Positions 8,816-17,266 of a DNA stretch of 64,000 nt are shown in pieces (within the stretch, counting starts at the first letter, position 1; each line of letters opens with the position of its first letter). The stretch is from contig CP061209.1 in assembly GCA_026016205.1 (NCBI GenBank), forward strand, positions 117,469-181,468, read 5' to 3'. The notes below the pieces were generated by a model that saw only the letters and a list, made by a program, of their open reading frames with translations, did not search any database and had not been told where the DNA came from. The position numbers and the translations under genes are program-made. The stretch is from Methanosarcinales archaeon (GTDB lineage: Archaea; Halobacteriota; UBA148; JAUWXC01).

Positions 8816-10143
8816 AATCGCCTCTCTATGATTTTCCATGCTTCACTTAAATCATCACCAGCGAGAAGACTGTCCAGCACCTCTTGTGCTACATCAGGTT
8901 CGTGAATGATGTTGCAGTTGATACAGCTCCATGCGATCCCGCCTGTAGTTTTTTCTACATATTTTCCGAGACGCTCATCCTTACAGGGGTAGAAAGGGCA
9001 GAAACAGAACGTGCAATCCTGTCCTTTGAAATGGCACGGATAATGTTCGCAACTCTCTCTTGCCTTTGAATCAATGACTCGTTTTAATGCAGCAACAAGT
9101 TTCTCATTCTCCTCCCTTGTTCTCACAGCCACTCTGATGTAATGTCTCCTCAATGGCTTGAACGAATTACAGTCCCTAATCAAGATGCCATGATAAAGCA
9201 TGCGCTGCTTCAGCTCGCCAGAACTAAAATCAGTGCCGCTGATGTCAAGCAGAATGAAGTTCACCTTACTTTGCAAAGGTCGCATGCCAGTTACATCACT
9301 CAATTGATTTGTCAACCATTCCCGCTCTCTTTTTATCAACTTGCGTGATCGATCCAAGTATTTTGGTGTTTCAGGAGCTTGAAGAAGATAGGTGCCAATT
9401 ACATCGGCAAAGGTGTTTATGTTCCACGAGAGTCGCGCTCTATTGAGCCATTCGATTAGCTGGGCAGGGCCAACACCATACCCAATCCTAACGCCTGGAA
9501 TGGCGAAGCACTTTGTCAGCGATCGTAACACGAAGACAAAATCTTTTTTTGTAGCTATGTCAGCGATGCTTTGCTCTGGGTCAGAAAGCTCGATAAAAGT
9601 TTCATCCACGAAAAGAAAAGTCTTATTTTTTGAACAACGTCTTGCCAGCTCTATTAACGTCTCCTTAAGAAGTAAATCTCCTGTAGGATTGTTTGGGTTG
9701 CATACGTAGAGGATCTTGGACTCCTTTAACATGCCGTCAGTTATTTGATCGTTCTTGATCGCTTCGTATTCGATGAACAAGGGCTTTGCGCCGAACAATC
9801 TGGATTGAAATTCATATTCACCAAAAGTTGGACAAGGAATGATCACTTGATCGCCCTTTTCAATAATCGTTTCGGCGAATAGTCTAATTATTTCTGTTGA
9901 GCCGTTTCCCAGAACTATGTTAGCTGCATCTACGCCTACGAAGTTTGCCGCCGCCTCTCTCAACGTTGTATATTGATTATCTGGATACCGATCAATTCGT
10001 TCGTATGCAGATAGCAACGCATCTTTCACATCCAGCTTGAGCGGATTGACATTGGTGCTAAAATCGGTTACTCCGTTGCTCGTTGCACCACCGTGGGGGC
10101 ATCGCTCTAGCGTCAATGCTTCTTTTCTGACGAGATCCCTCAT
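8812..10143 (-). CDS. cobD: L-threonine-O-3-phosphate decarboxylase with C-terminal Cys-rich domain
   Basis: HGG, DFS.NVNP, CNPNNPTG, RSLTK PLP motifs; tail CEHYPCH..QDCTFCFCPFYPC...WSC..C..H. Confidence 0.9.
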   Translation of the reverse strand: MRDLVRKEALTLERCPHGGATSNGVTDFSTNVNPLKLDVKDALLSAYERIDRYPDNQYTTLREAAANFVGVDAANIVLGNGSTEIIRLFAETIIEKGDQVIIPCPTFGEYEFQSRLFGAKPLFIEYEAIKNDQITDGMLKESKILYVCNPNNPTGDLLLKETLIELARRCSKNKTFLFVDETFIELSDPEQSIADIATKKDFVFVLRSLTKCFAIPGVRIGYGVGPAQLIEWLNRARLSWNINTFADVIGTYLLQAPETPKYLDRSRKLIKREREWLTNQLSDVTGMRPLQSKVNFILLDISGTDFSSGELKQRMLYHGILIRDCNSFKPLRRHYIRVAVRTREENEKLVAALKRVIDSKARESCEHYPCHFKGQDCTFCFCPFYPCKDERLGKYVEKTTGGIAWSCINCNIIHEPDVAQEVLDSLLAGDDLSEAWKIIERRL

Positions 10144-10676
10144 AGATTTACACCTAATATTCCTGACATTACACCCCAATCGACACTCTCTTTGAAGGTC
10201 TTGACAAACTCATCTTTCGTGGAGTATGGGATGACACCAACGACCGGTTTTCCGGTTCTTTCTTCCAAAAACCTCAGCCCAGGCTTTAGGATCTCCTCAT
10301 CACCTCTGAATTTGTTGATTAAAAAGCCGGAGATACGATGTTGCTCTTTCAGCAGTGCATATGTGCCATACAGTCCTGCGAATACTCCCCCTCTCTCAAT
10401 GTCCCCGATCAAAATAACAGGGGCATTTGCCATGTTTGCCATCTTCATATTTGTTAAATCCCATTCTATTGGGTTTCCAATACCTTCCAAGATGATGCAA
10501 TCGTGCCCGCGCTGTAATCGCGTAATCGTCGTTCTGATTATATGCTCATCAAAGCTCACATCGGGCTGAAATGTTGTGACATTATATCCTCTTTCGCTAA
10601 GCAATATGCATAACGCCTTGACTGCGACACTTTTTCCGCAGTTACTCGTGGCACCTTGGAGCATCAGATTATTCAT
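10140..10676 (-). CDS. shortened CobQ/CbiP-like synthetase-domain protein (no glutaminase domain)
   Basis: QGATSNCGKS, DIERGGVFA, NKFRGD and PVVGVIPY present; the AQNMSLN/NPILLKP segment and the GATase domain are absent. Confidence 0.75.
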   Translation of the reverse strand: MNNLMLQGATSNCGKSVAVKALCILLSERGYNVTTFQPDVSFDEHIIRTTITRLQRGHDCIILEGIGNPIEWDLTNMKMANMANAPVILIGDIERGGVFAGLYGTYALLKEQHRISGFLINKFRGDEEILKPGLRFLEERTGKPVVGVIPYSTKDEFVKTFKESVDWGVMSGILGVNL

Positions 10677-11544
10677 GGGCCATCGCCTCTATCCTGTCCA
10701 TGTCTACACTCGCAGAAATGATTCTGGCTAATTTATCAATTTCATCATCTAACTGTTGAAATCCCGAAGGGATTACAACTCTCGCAGATATTCGATCTGC
10801 GACATCGTCAACATCCAAGTCATCATTATGCCCATTCTCAAGCCCGAGAGAGTCCTCTGCTGGAAGACGTAAATTTTCTATACGTGGAACTACGCCCAGA
10901 ACTGGTTTACCGATAACTCTCTCAAGATCACTTACCTCAAGTGATTCGCCATGAAATTTATTGATTACGACTCCTTCATATCGGTCCTTTTCATTTTCCA
11001 AGAGTTCCAGCGTGCCGAACAGATAAGCGAATGATCCTCCGTGCTCGACGTTATGGACAAGTATGCATTTTGCATCGGCTAATTTGGCTGGATATGTGTT
11101 TACGATGTCGTGCTGCAAGATATTGATCTCGGCTGGACTGCCAGCCCCTTCAAGGATAATCAGATCGTATTCTGATGATAGGCGCCTGAGACATGTCTTG
11201 ACAATTCCCCGTCCTCGTCTCTTGACGAACTCGTGATACTCCCGAACATTCATATCAGCGTAAGGTTTGCCGCGTACAATCACCTGGGAGATATGATCTG
11301 CTTTTGGCTTCAACAATATCGGGTTTATGTCAACAGTGGGCTCAATCCTGGCGGCATGCGCCTGCAATGCCTGTGCTATGGCAATCTCGCTTCCATTTTT
11401 GGTGACGTACGAGTTGAGCGACATGTTCTGGGCCTTGAAAGGGGCCACGCTGTAACCTTTGTCGGCAAATATCCTGCATAGCGCGGTTGCTATGATCGTT
11501 TTTCCTGCATTAGAGGTAGTTCCATGGATTGCGATCGCTGGCAT
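10669..11544 (-). CDS. cobQ: cobyric acid synthase synthetase domain lacking the glutaminase domain
   Basis: GTTSNAGKT, PFKAQNMSLNS, NPILLKP, EGAGSPAEIN and LPAEDS, then almost directly the terminal helix IDKLA...VDMDRI. Confidence 0.8.
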   Translation of the reverse strand: MPAIAIHGTTSNAGKTIIATALCRIFADKGYSVAPFKAQNMSLNSYVTKNGSEIAIAQALQAHAARIEPTVDINPILLKPKADHISQVIVRGKPYADMNVREYHEFVKRRGRGIVKTCLRRLSSEYDLIILEGAGSPAEINILQHDIVNTYPAKLADAKCILVHNVEHGGSFAYLFGTLELLENEKDRYEGVVINKFHGESLEVSDLERVIGKPVLGVVPRIENLRLPAEDSLGLENGHNDDLDVDDVADRISARVVIPSGFQQLDDEIDKLARIISASVDMDRIEAMAHE

Positions 11545-11577
11545 CGATATAATAATTTGCAATAACCTATATAAAGG

Positions 11578-11613
11578 TGGTTAACTTAACCAGCTTGATG
11601 GTTATATTAACCA
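11578..11613. promoter_or_regulatory. tandem palindromic operator pair in the cobQ/btuF divergent promoter
   Basis: TGGTTAACTTAACCA (11578-11592, perfect 7-1-7) and TGGTTATATTAACCA (11599-11613), 21-bp period, just after TATATAAA. Confidence 0.7.
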
Positions 11614-11623
11614 AGGTGTAATT

Positions 11624-12565
11624 ATGAACTGGAAAAAGATCGGGACAATCTTGGCAATCGTGCTGCTTTTGACCGCGCTCAGCGGTTGCGTTGAATCAGG
11701 ACGAGACTCCACACAACTAACAGCAGAGGAATACCCACTAACAATCGCAGATAATCTGGGACGGAATGTAACGATTTTTAAGCAGCCAGAGAGAGTTGTG
11801 TCTCTAGCGCCCAGCAACACAGAGATACTTTTTGCCCTTGGTTTGGGAGATAAAGTCCTTGGAGTGACAGAATACTGCAACTATCCCTTAGCAGCACAAG
11901 AGAAAGAGAAAGTAGGGGGCTTCAGCACGGTCAGCATCGAAAGAGTTGTCGCATTAGAGCCAGATCTAATTCTAGCCGCTGGCATACATGAATCGATCGT
12001 GGGTGACTTGGAGAGACTTGACCTAACTGTGGTAGTTCTAGATTCAAAAAACGTGGACGACATACTTGAGAACATCATACTGGTTGGGAAAATTACTGGG
12101 CAAGTAGGAGTTGCCGAAGAACTAACAGCCAGCATGGAGCATAGGATTAATGCGATAACCAGCAAGGTGGAGAACGCCAAGAGGACAGAGGTGTTTTACG
12201 TAACCTGGCATGACCCGCTGAGAACCGTGGGACCTGGGACAAATATCCACGAATTGATTCGGCTGGCCGGTGGCAGCAACATCGCCGGTGATGCCAGGGT
12301 GGACTATCCCATCTACAGCCTGGAGACGTTGATCGAGCGCGATCCGGACGTCATCATCATCTCCTCAAAGCACGGTGCTGGAGGCCCCACGGTCGAGAAC
12401 ATAGGGACCTTGCTACAGGACAGGGGCATATCCGCCGTCAGGAACTGCAGAATCTATGAGATAGACGCGGATCTTGTCGTGAGGGATGGGCCCAGGGTAG
12501 TGGACGGGCTGGAGGAGATGGCCAAGTGCATACACCCAGAATTATTCGGGGTTACTGATGAGTAA
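11624..12565 (+). CDS. btuF: corrinoid ABC transporter substrate-binding lipoprotein
   Basis: Lipobox LSGC; VVSLAPSNTEILFALG; R.GPR motif; cob context. Confidence 0.88.
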   Translation: MNWKKIGTILAIVLLLTALSGCVESGRDSTQLTAEEYPLTIADNLGRNVTIFKQPERVVSLAPSNTEILFALGLGDKVLGVTEYCNYPLAAQEKEKVGGFSTVSIERVVALEPDLILAAGIHESIVGDLERLDLTVVVLDSKNVDDILENIILVGKITGQVGVAEELTASMEHRINAITSKVENAKRTEVFYVTWHDPLRTVGPGTNIHELIRLAGGSNIAGDARVDYPIYSLETLIERDPDVIIISSKHGAGGPTVENIGTLLQDRGISAVRNCRIYEIDADLVVRDGPRVVDGLEEMAKCIHPELFGVTDE

Positions 12566-13604
12566 GAGTTATCTAGAAAAGGTCCTCCAGTGGAGATTGA
12601 TTGTAGCCTGTCTGGTAGCAATCTTAGGGTTGACTATTGTCCTAGCGACGACCTTGGGTCCTGCACAGATATCTTCCCTGGTTGTTTTAAAGATACTAGT
12701 CAGTAGATTGCCTTTGGTAAATGGCTTAGTTACCCCCTCTTGGTCTATTGCCGAGGATACCATAGTTTTTCAGATTCGACTACCTAGAGTCCTCTTGGGA
12801 ATATTGGTAGGGGCATCTCTTAGCGTCGCAGGTGCGACGATGCAAGGACTATTCAAAAATCCCATGGCAGATCCCTACATAATTGGAATCTCCTCTGGCG
12901 CCGCTCTGGGAGCGACCTTAGCCATGGTTGGACTTGCCCACATGAGCATGTACACCATACCATTGATGGCTTTTATCTTCGCCGTGGGTGCTATCTTTCT
13001 TGTCTATAATATCGCAAACGTGGGAGGAAAGTTGCCGGTAGGAACATTACTACTTGCTGGGATAGCAGTGAGCCTTTTTCTATCAGCCATCACTTCATTT
13101 ATGATGTACATCTCTGGCGAGAGATTACATGGGATTGTCTTTTGGCTGATGGGTGGATTGTGGGCTAGCTCATGGGATCATGTTTGGATGGTCCTTCCCT
13201 GGATCTGTGTTGGCACGTCGGTCATCTACATCTTCGCTCGGGATTTGAATGTAATGCTGCTAGGCGAAGAGCCAGCTCAGCATCTGGGAATAGAAGTGGA
13301 GACCCTGAAAAAGGTCATGATGGTCTCAGCTTCTTTGATTACCGCAGCGGCAGTGGCTGTTAGTGGAATAATCGGGTTCGTTGGCCTGATAATTCCCCAC
13401 ATTGTGAGAATTTTAGTTGGACCGGATCATCGAATTCTTCTTCCAGGCTCTGCTCTTGTAGGAGGAATCTTCTTGGTCTGGGCAGACACCCTTGCTAGAA
13501 CGATCATCGCTCCTACAGAGATACCGGTGGGCATCATTACAGCGCTCTTTGGCGCTCCATTCTTCATTTACCTATTGCGCAGTAGAAAGAGGTCGATGTT
13601 CTAG
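12558..13604 (+). CDS. btuC: corrinoid ABC transporter permease
   Basis: [22 protein letters not shown]ecCD motifs. Confidence 0.9.
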   Translation: MSKSYLEKVLQWRLIVACLVAILGLTIVLATTLGPAQISSLVVLKILVSRLPLVNGLVTPSWSIAEDTIVFQIRLPRVLLGILVGASLSVAGATMQGLFKNPMADPYIIGISSGAALGATLAMVGLAHMSMYTIPLMAFIFAVGAIFLVYNIANVGGKLPVGTLLLAGIAVSLFLSAITSFMMYISGERLHGIVFWLMGGLWASSWDHVWMVLPWICVGTSVIYIFARDLNVMLLGEEPAQHLGIEVETLKKVMMVSASLITAAAVAVSGIIGFVGLIIPHIVRILVGPDHRILLPGSALVGGIFLVWADTLARTIIAPTEIPVGIITALFGAPFFIYLLRSRKRSMF

Positions 13605-13616
13605 GTGGTGATAATA

Positions 13617-14918
13617 ATGTCATTCATTACGCTAAAAATTAATAATATCGCCTGTCGCTATGAGAGCACCGAGATTCTGGAGAACATTGAGTTCTCCGCC
13701 AGTGGAGGCGACTTTGTAGGTGTGCTGGGACCAAACGGATCGGGCAAAACGACTTTGCTCAGGAGTATTAGCAGGACGCTAAGACCGCACATGGGGGCGG
13801 TTCTTTTAAACGAAAAAAATATCTACGCTTTGCCCAGCAAAGAGGTAGCCAGAAATTTAGCTGTGGTGCCCCAAGACTCGCCAATAAGTTTTGACTTTAC
13901 GGCATTGGAAATCGTACTCATGGGAAGAACTCCCCACCTGGGCAGATTTGAGATCGAGAGTGCTAAGGATTTAACCATAGCCAAAAGGGCCATGAAGCTA
14001 ACTAATACATGGCATCTTTCCGAAAGACCGATCACCGAGTTAAGTGGAGGGGAAAGACAGCGAGTCATTCTTGCTCGTGCTCTCGCTCAAGAGCCAAAAG
14101 TTCTCCTTCTAGATGAGCCCACTACGCATCTAGATATCAACCACCAACTAGAGATATTAAGCTTAATCAAAAGACTGAACAAGGAAGAAAAGACAATCGT
14201 CATAGCGGTCTTTCACGACCTTAATTTGGCTGCACTCTATTGTGATTTTCTCATACTACTTCACCACAGAAAGATATTTTCTCTTGGCTCACCAGAAAAA
14301 GCTCTGACGGCTGAAAACATCAAAAAGGTATACGATGCAGAGGTGTTAGTGAAAAGACATCCTGCAACCAATTCGATATATATCACTTTACTTCCGAGGA
14401 GAAACTACGTTTCTCCCTCGACCCTTTTCCTTAAAGGGGTGTCAAAAGGGCGAAGCCCATTTGTCATTCACATAATATGTGGCGCTGGTAGTGGCTCGCA
14501 GTTGATGCATCTTCTCCTCGAGAAAGGATACCAAGTAACTGCAGGCGTGCTTAATGCAATGGATACCGATCACGAAACGCATCAACATTTAGGTATTTCC
14601 ATAGTCAGCGAAGCTCCGTTCTCTCCCATTTCTTGCGAGATGCACGAAGCCAATCTAGGACTAATTGATCAAGCAGATGTCGTCGTGCTGACGAACGTAC
14701 CATTTGGCTATGGGAACTTAAAAAACCTGGAGGCAGCTGAGTTTGCCTTGGAAAACAAGCCAGTACTTCTTATAGAGGAGGCGCCTATCGAGCAAAGAGA
14801 TTTTACCCAAGGCGAGGCAAAGAAAATCTACACTAGACTAAAAAGTAATGGTGCAATTGTTCTGCATAGCCCAGAAGAGGTTTTACCAATTATCGAAAAA
14901 ATGGCGAGGCGAGTATAA
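13617..14918 (+). CDS. btuD: corrinoid ABC transporter ATPase with C-terminal extra domain
   Basis: GPNGSGKT, LSGGERQR, LLDEPT; extra domain HIICGAGSG...EAPFSPI. Confidence 0.88.
   Translation: MSFITLKINNIACRYESTEILENIEFSASGGDFVGVLGPNGSGKTTLLRSISRTLRPHMGAVLLNEKNIYALPSKEVARNLAVVPQDSPISFDFTALEIVLMGRTPHLGRFEIESAKDLTIAKRAMKLTNTWHLSERPITELSGGERQRVILARALAQEPKVLLLDEPTTHLDINHQLEILSLIKRLNKEEKTIVIAVFHDLNLAALYCDFLILLHHRKIFSLGSPEKALTAENIKKVYDAEVLVKRHPATNSIYITLLPRRNYVSPSTLFLKGVSKGRSPFVIHIICGAGSGSQLMHLLLEKGYQVTAGVLNAMDTDHETHQHLGISIVSEAPFSPISCEMHEANLGLIDQADVVVLTNVPFGYGNLKNLEAAEFALENKPVLLIEEAPIEQRDFTQGEAKKIYTRLKSNGAIVLHSPEEVLPIIEKMARRV
14395..14462. repeat. triple-hairpin palindromic element inside btuD, in frame
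   Basis: GGAGAAAC-TAC-GTTTCTCC, ACCCTTTT-CCTT-AAAGGGGT and GGGC-GAA-GCCC, placed back to back. Confidence 0.6.
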
Positions 14919-15535
14919 TGATCGTGAAGATTGCAAAGGAACTGAGCACACCAAAGAGGGGATTGTCACCTAACTATTCGGAGTTTCACGTGGTCATGGC
15001 CTTCTTCCTTCTTGGGAAAAATCCAATGGGCAGAAAGGCATTGGCAGAACGTCTTGATGTGGGCGAGGGGACGGCACGCACCCTGATTGAGAAGTTGCAA
15101 GATCAAGGGTTGGTCAGTGCCTCTCTAACTGGATGTCAACTAACCGAAAAAGGAAATGAAATGCTGACAAATTTCAAGAAGAGGGTTTCATATCAACCAA
15201 AGATAGAAACGGGCGTGATAACGCTCGGAAAAGCGAATTCTGCAATTCTCATCAGAGGCGCTGCTAAGCTCATAAAATCTGGGATGGAGCAGAGAGATGC
15301 TGCGATATCAGTGGGTACGATGGGCGCAACTACCATCCTATTTGACAAAGACGGCCCAAGGGTTCCCACAATCACCGCCGATGAAAACATGCGGACACGC
15401 CTGAGAGTACTCTGCGAGGACATGAAAATGGAAAAGGGCGACGTCTTGGTAATAGGGACTGGTAAGACTGAAGAGGAAGCAGAGCGAGCTACATGGGCAG
15501 CGGCATATGCCGTGCTGGAGCGTATGCAGTCTTAG
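14918..15535 (+). CDS. winged-HTH protein (DUF4443-like), candidate regulator
   Basis: MGRKALAERLDVGEGTARTLI HTH; GMEQRDAAI..G..GATT C-terminal domain. Confidence 0.7.
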   Translation: MIVKIAKELSTPKRGLSPNYSEFHVVMAFFLLGKNPMGRKALAERLDVGEGTARTLIEKLQDQGLVSASLTGCQLTEKGNEMLTNFKKRVSYQPKIETGVITLGKANSAILIRGAAKLIKSGMEQRDAAISVGTMGATTILFDKDGPRVPTITADENMRTRLRVLCEDMKMEKGDVLVIGTGKTEEEAERATWAAAYAVLERMQS

Positions 15536-15546
15536 GGAGGGTAATC

Positions 15547-16605
15547 ATGCAGAAAATCAGAGAAACGATTGATCAAATTGAGCCGCTAGATGAAAGGGCA
15601 ATGAGACTTGCTAAAGAAAGGCAAGATATCTTGACCAAGCCTAAGGAGAGTTTAGGGGTACTGGAGGATTTATCAATTCAAGTGGCAGGGATTACAAGAA
15701 ATTCCATGCCCAAGATACGTGACAAAGTGATCATAACGATGGCTGGTGATCATGGTGTGGTCGAAGAAGGAGTAAGCGCATATCCCCAGGAAGTGACTCC
15801 CCAGATGGTCTATAATTTCATCAGGGGCGGAGCGGGCATAAATGTTTTAGGACGGCATGTTGGTGCCAGAGTTGTAGTTGTCGACATGGGTGTGGCTGCT
15901 GACGTGGAGCATCAGAATCTACTGAATAAAAAAGTGGACTATGGAACGAAAAACATGACCAAGGGCCCTGCTATGAGTAGCGGACAAGCGGTGAGGTCGA
16001 TTGAAGCAGGGATAGAAGTCTTTGAAGAGGAATTGAGAAAAGGTCTGGACGTCGTGGGAACAGGGGACATGGGCATTGGAAATACAACCCCCTCCAGCGC
16101 AATTGTGGCTGCCATCACAGGGGAAAAAGTTGAAAGAGTTACTGGCAGGGGAACGGGAATTGATGATGCTGCACTGAAGGCTAAGGTAAGGGCAATTAAA
16201 AAGGCACTGAAAGTCAACCAACCAGACCCAAATGACCCTTTAGATGTTCTGGCAAAAGTTGGAGGCTTTGAGATTGGTGGATTGGCTGGCGTGGTTTTGG
16301 GTGCAGCAGCCCATAGGACACCGGTGGTAATAGATGGATTTATCTCTACTGCTGGTGCCCTTCTTGCAACAGAACTCGCCCCTCTGGCAAAGCAGTATAT
16401 AATCGCCTCTCACAACTCGGTCGAGATAGGTCACAGGGTTATGTTAGAAAGAATGGGATTGAGGCCACTTCTGGACTTGAATATGCGACTGGGGGAGGGG
16501 ACCGGAGCAGCTCTTGGGATAAGCATTGTGGAAGCGAGCACAAAGATATTGAAAGAAATGGCTACATTCGCCGATGCGGGAGTTTCGGAGGCAATAGAAG
16601 AATAA
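15547..16605 (+). CDS. cobT: nicotinate-nucleotide--dimethylbenzimidazole phosphoribosyltransferase, bacterial type
   Basis: LTKP..SLG.LE, DHGV..EGVSAYP, GDMGIGNTT, MRLGEGTGA. Confidence 0.93.
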   Translation: MQKIRETIDQIEPLDERAMRLAKERQDILTKPKESLGVLEDLSIQVAGITRNSMPKIRDKVIITMAGDHGVVEEGVSAYPQEVTPQMVYNFIRGGAGINVLGRHVGARVVVVDMGVAADVEHQNLLNKKVDYGTKNMTKGPAMSSGQAVRSIEAGIEVFEEELRKGLDVVGTGDMGIGNTTPSSAIVAAITGEKVERVTGRGTGIDDAALKAKVRAIKKALKVNQPDPNDPLDVLAKVGGFEIGGLAGVVLGAAAHRTPVVIDGFISTAGALLATELAPLAKQYIIASHNSVEIGHRVMLERMGLRPLLDLNMRLGEGTGAALGISIVEASTKILKEMATFADAGVSEAIEE

Positions 16606-16615
16606 GGGGCATTCT

Positions 16616-17266
16616 ATGAGCTACATTGCATCATGGAGTGGTGGTAAGGATAGTTGCTTCGCCTGTTATGAGATAATGTGTAGGGACTATGATATTTCCT
16701 GTCTCGTAAATTTTATTTCTGGAGAGACAAAAAGAGTGTGGTCTCATGGTACAGGGGCAAGATTGATTCAATTGCAGGCAGAGGCAATCGGCATCCCGCT
16801 GTTGCAAATAGAAACCACTCGGAACGGATATGAGGAACGGCTTAAGGGTGCTGTGCGAAGTTTGATTCCTGCTGGTGTAGAGGGCATGGTTTTTGGCGAT
16901 ATCCATCTCCAGGGGCATAAGGAATGGGCAGAGCGAGTTTGCGGAGAGTTAGGGATTGAGGCGATTGAGCCGCTATGGAAAAAGGATCCAGAAGAAATTC
17001 TCATCGGGTTTATGGATGCTGGTTTTGAGGCAACGATAGTTAGCGCTAAATCTGATTTGTTTGATGAGGGATGGATTGGCCGGGAGGTGAATAGGGAGTT
17101 TTTGAAATATCTGAAAGACAATGATATTGATGTTTGCGGGGAAAATGGCGAATACCACACATTTGTGACCAATGGCCCCCTATTCAAGGAGAAGATAAAA
17201 ATCACTACGGTGGAAAGGGGTGCCTTCGCAGGTGCGGAGAGATCTACATCGACTCTGGAGCCGTAA
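16616..17266 (+). CDS. Dph6-like PP-loop ATP pyrophosphatase, probably C-terminally truncated
   Basis: SWSGGKDS, FGDI, GENGEYHTFV; 3' end overlaps the convergent argS end by 23 nt. Confidence 0.75.
   Translation: MSYIASWSGGKDSCFACYEIMCRDYDISCLVNFISGETKRVWSHGTGARLIQLQAEAIGIPLLQIETTRNGYEERLKGAVRSLIPAGVEGMVFGDIHLQGHKEWAERVCGELGIEAIEPLWKKDPEEILIGFMDAGFEATIVSAKSDLFDEGWIGREVNREFLKYLKDNDIDVCGENGEYHTFVTNGPLFKEKIKITTVERGAFAGAERSTSTLEP

Noticed and set aside
10140..11544. Single cobQ broken by a frameshift
   Set aside because: The second ORF repeats the N-terminal P-loop domain rather than continuing into a glutaminase domain.
11545..11623. Cobalamin riboswitch upstream of btuF
   Set aside because: The gap is too short and lacks a B12-box.
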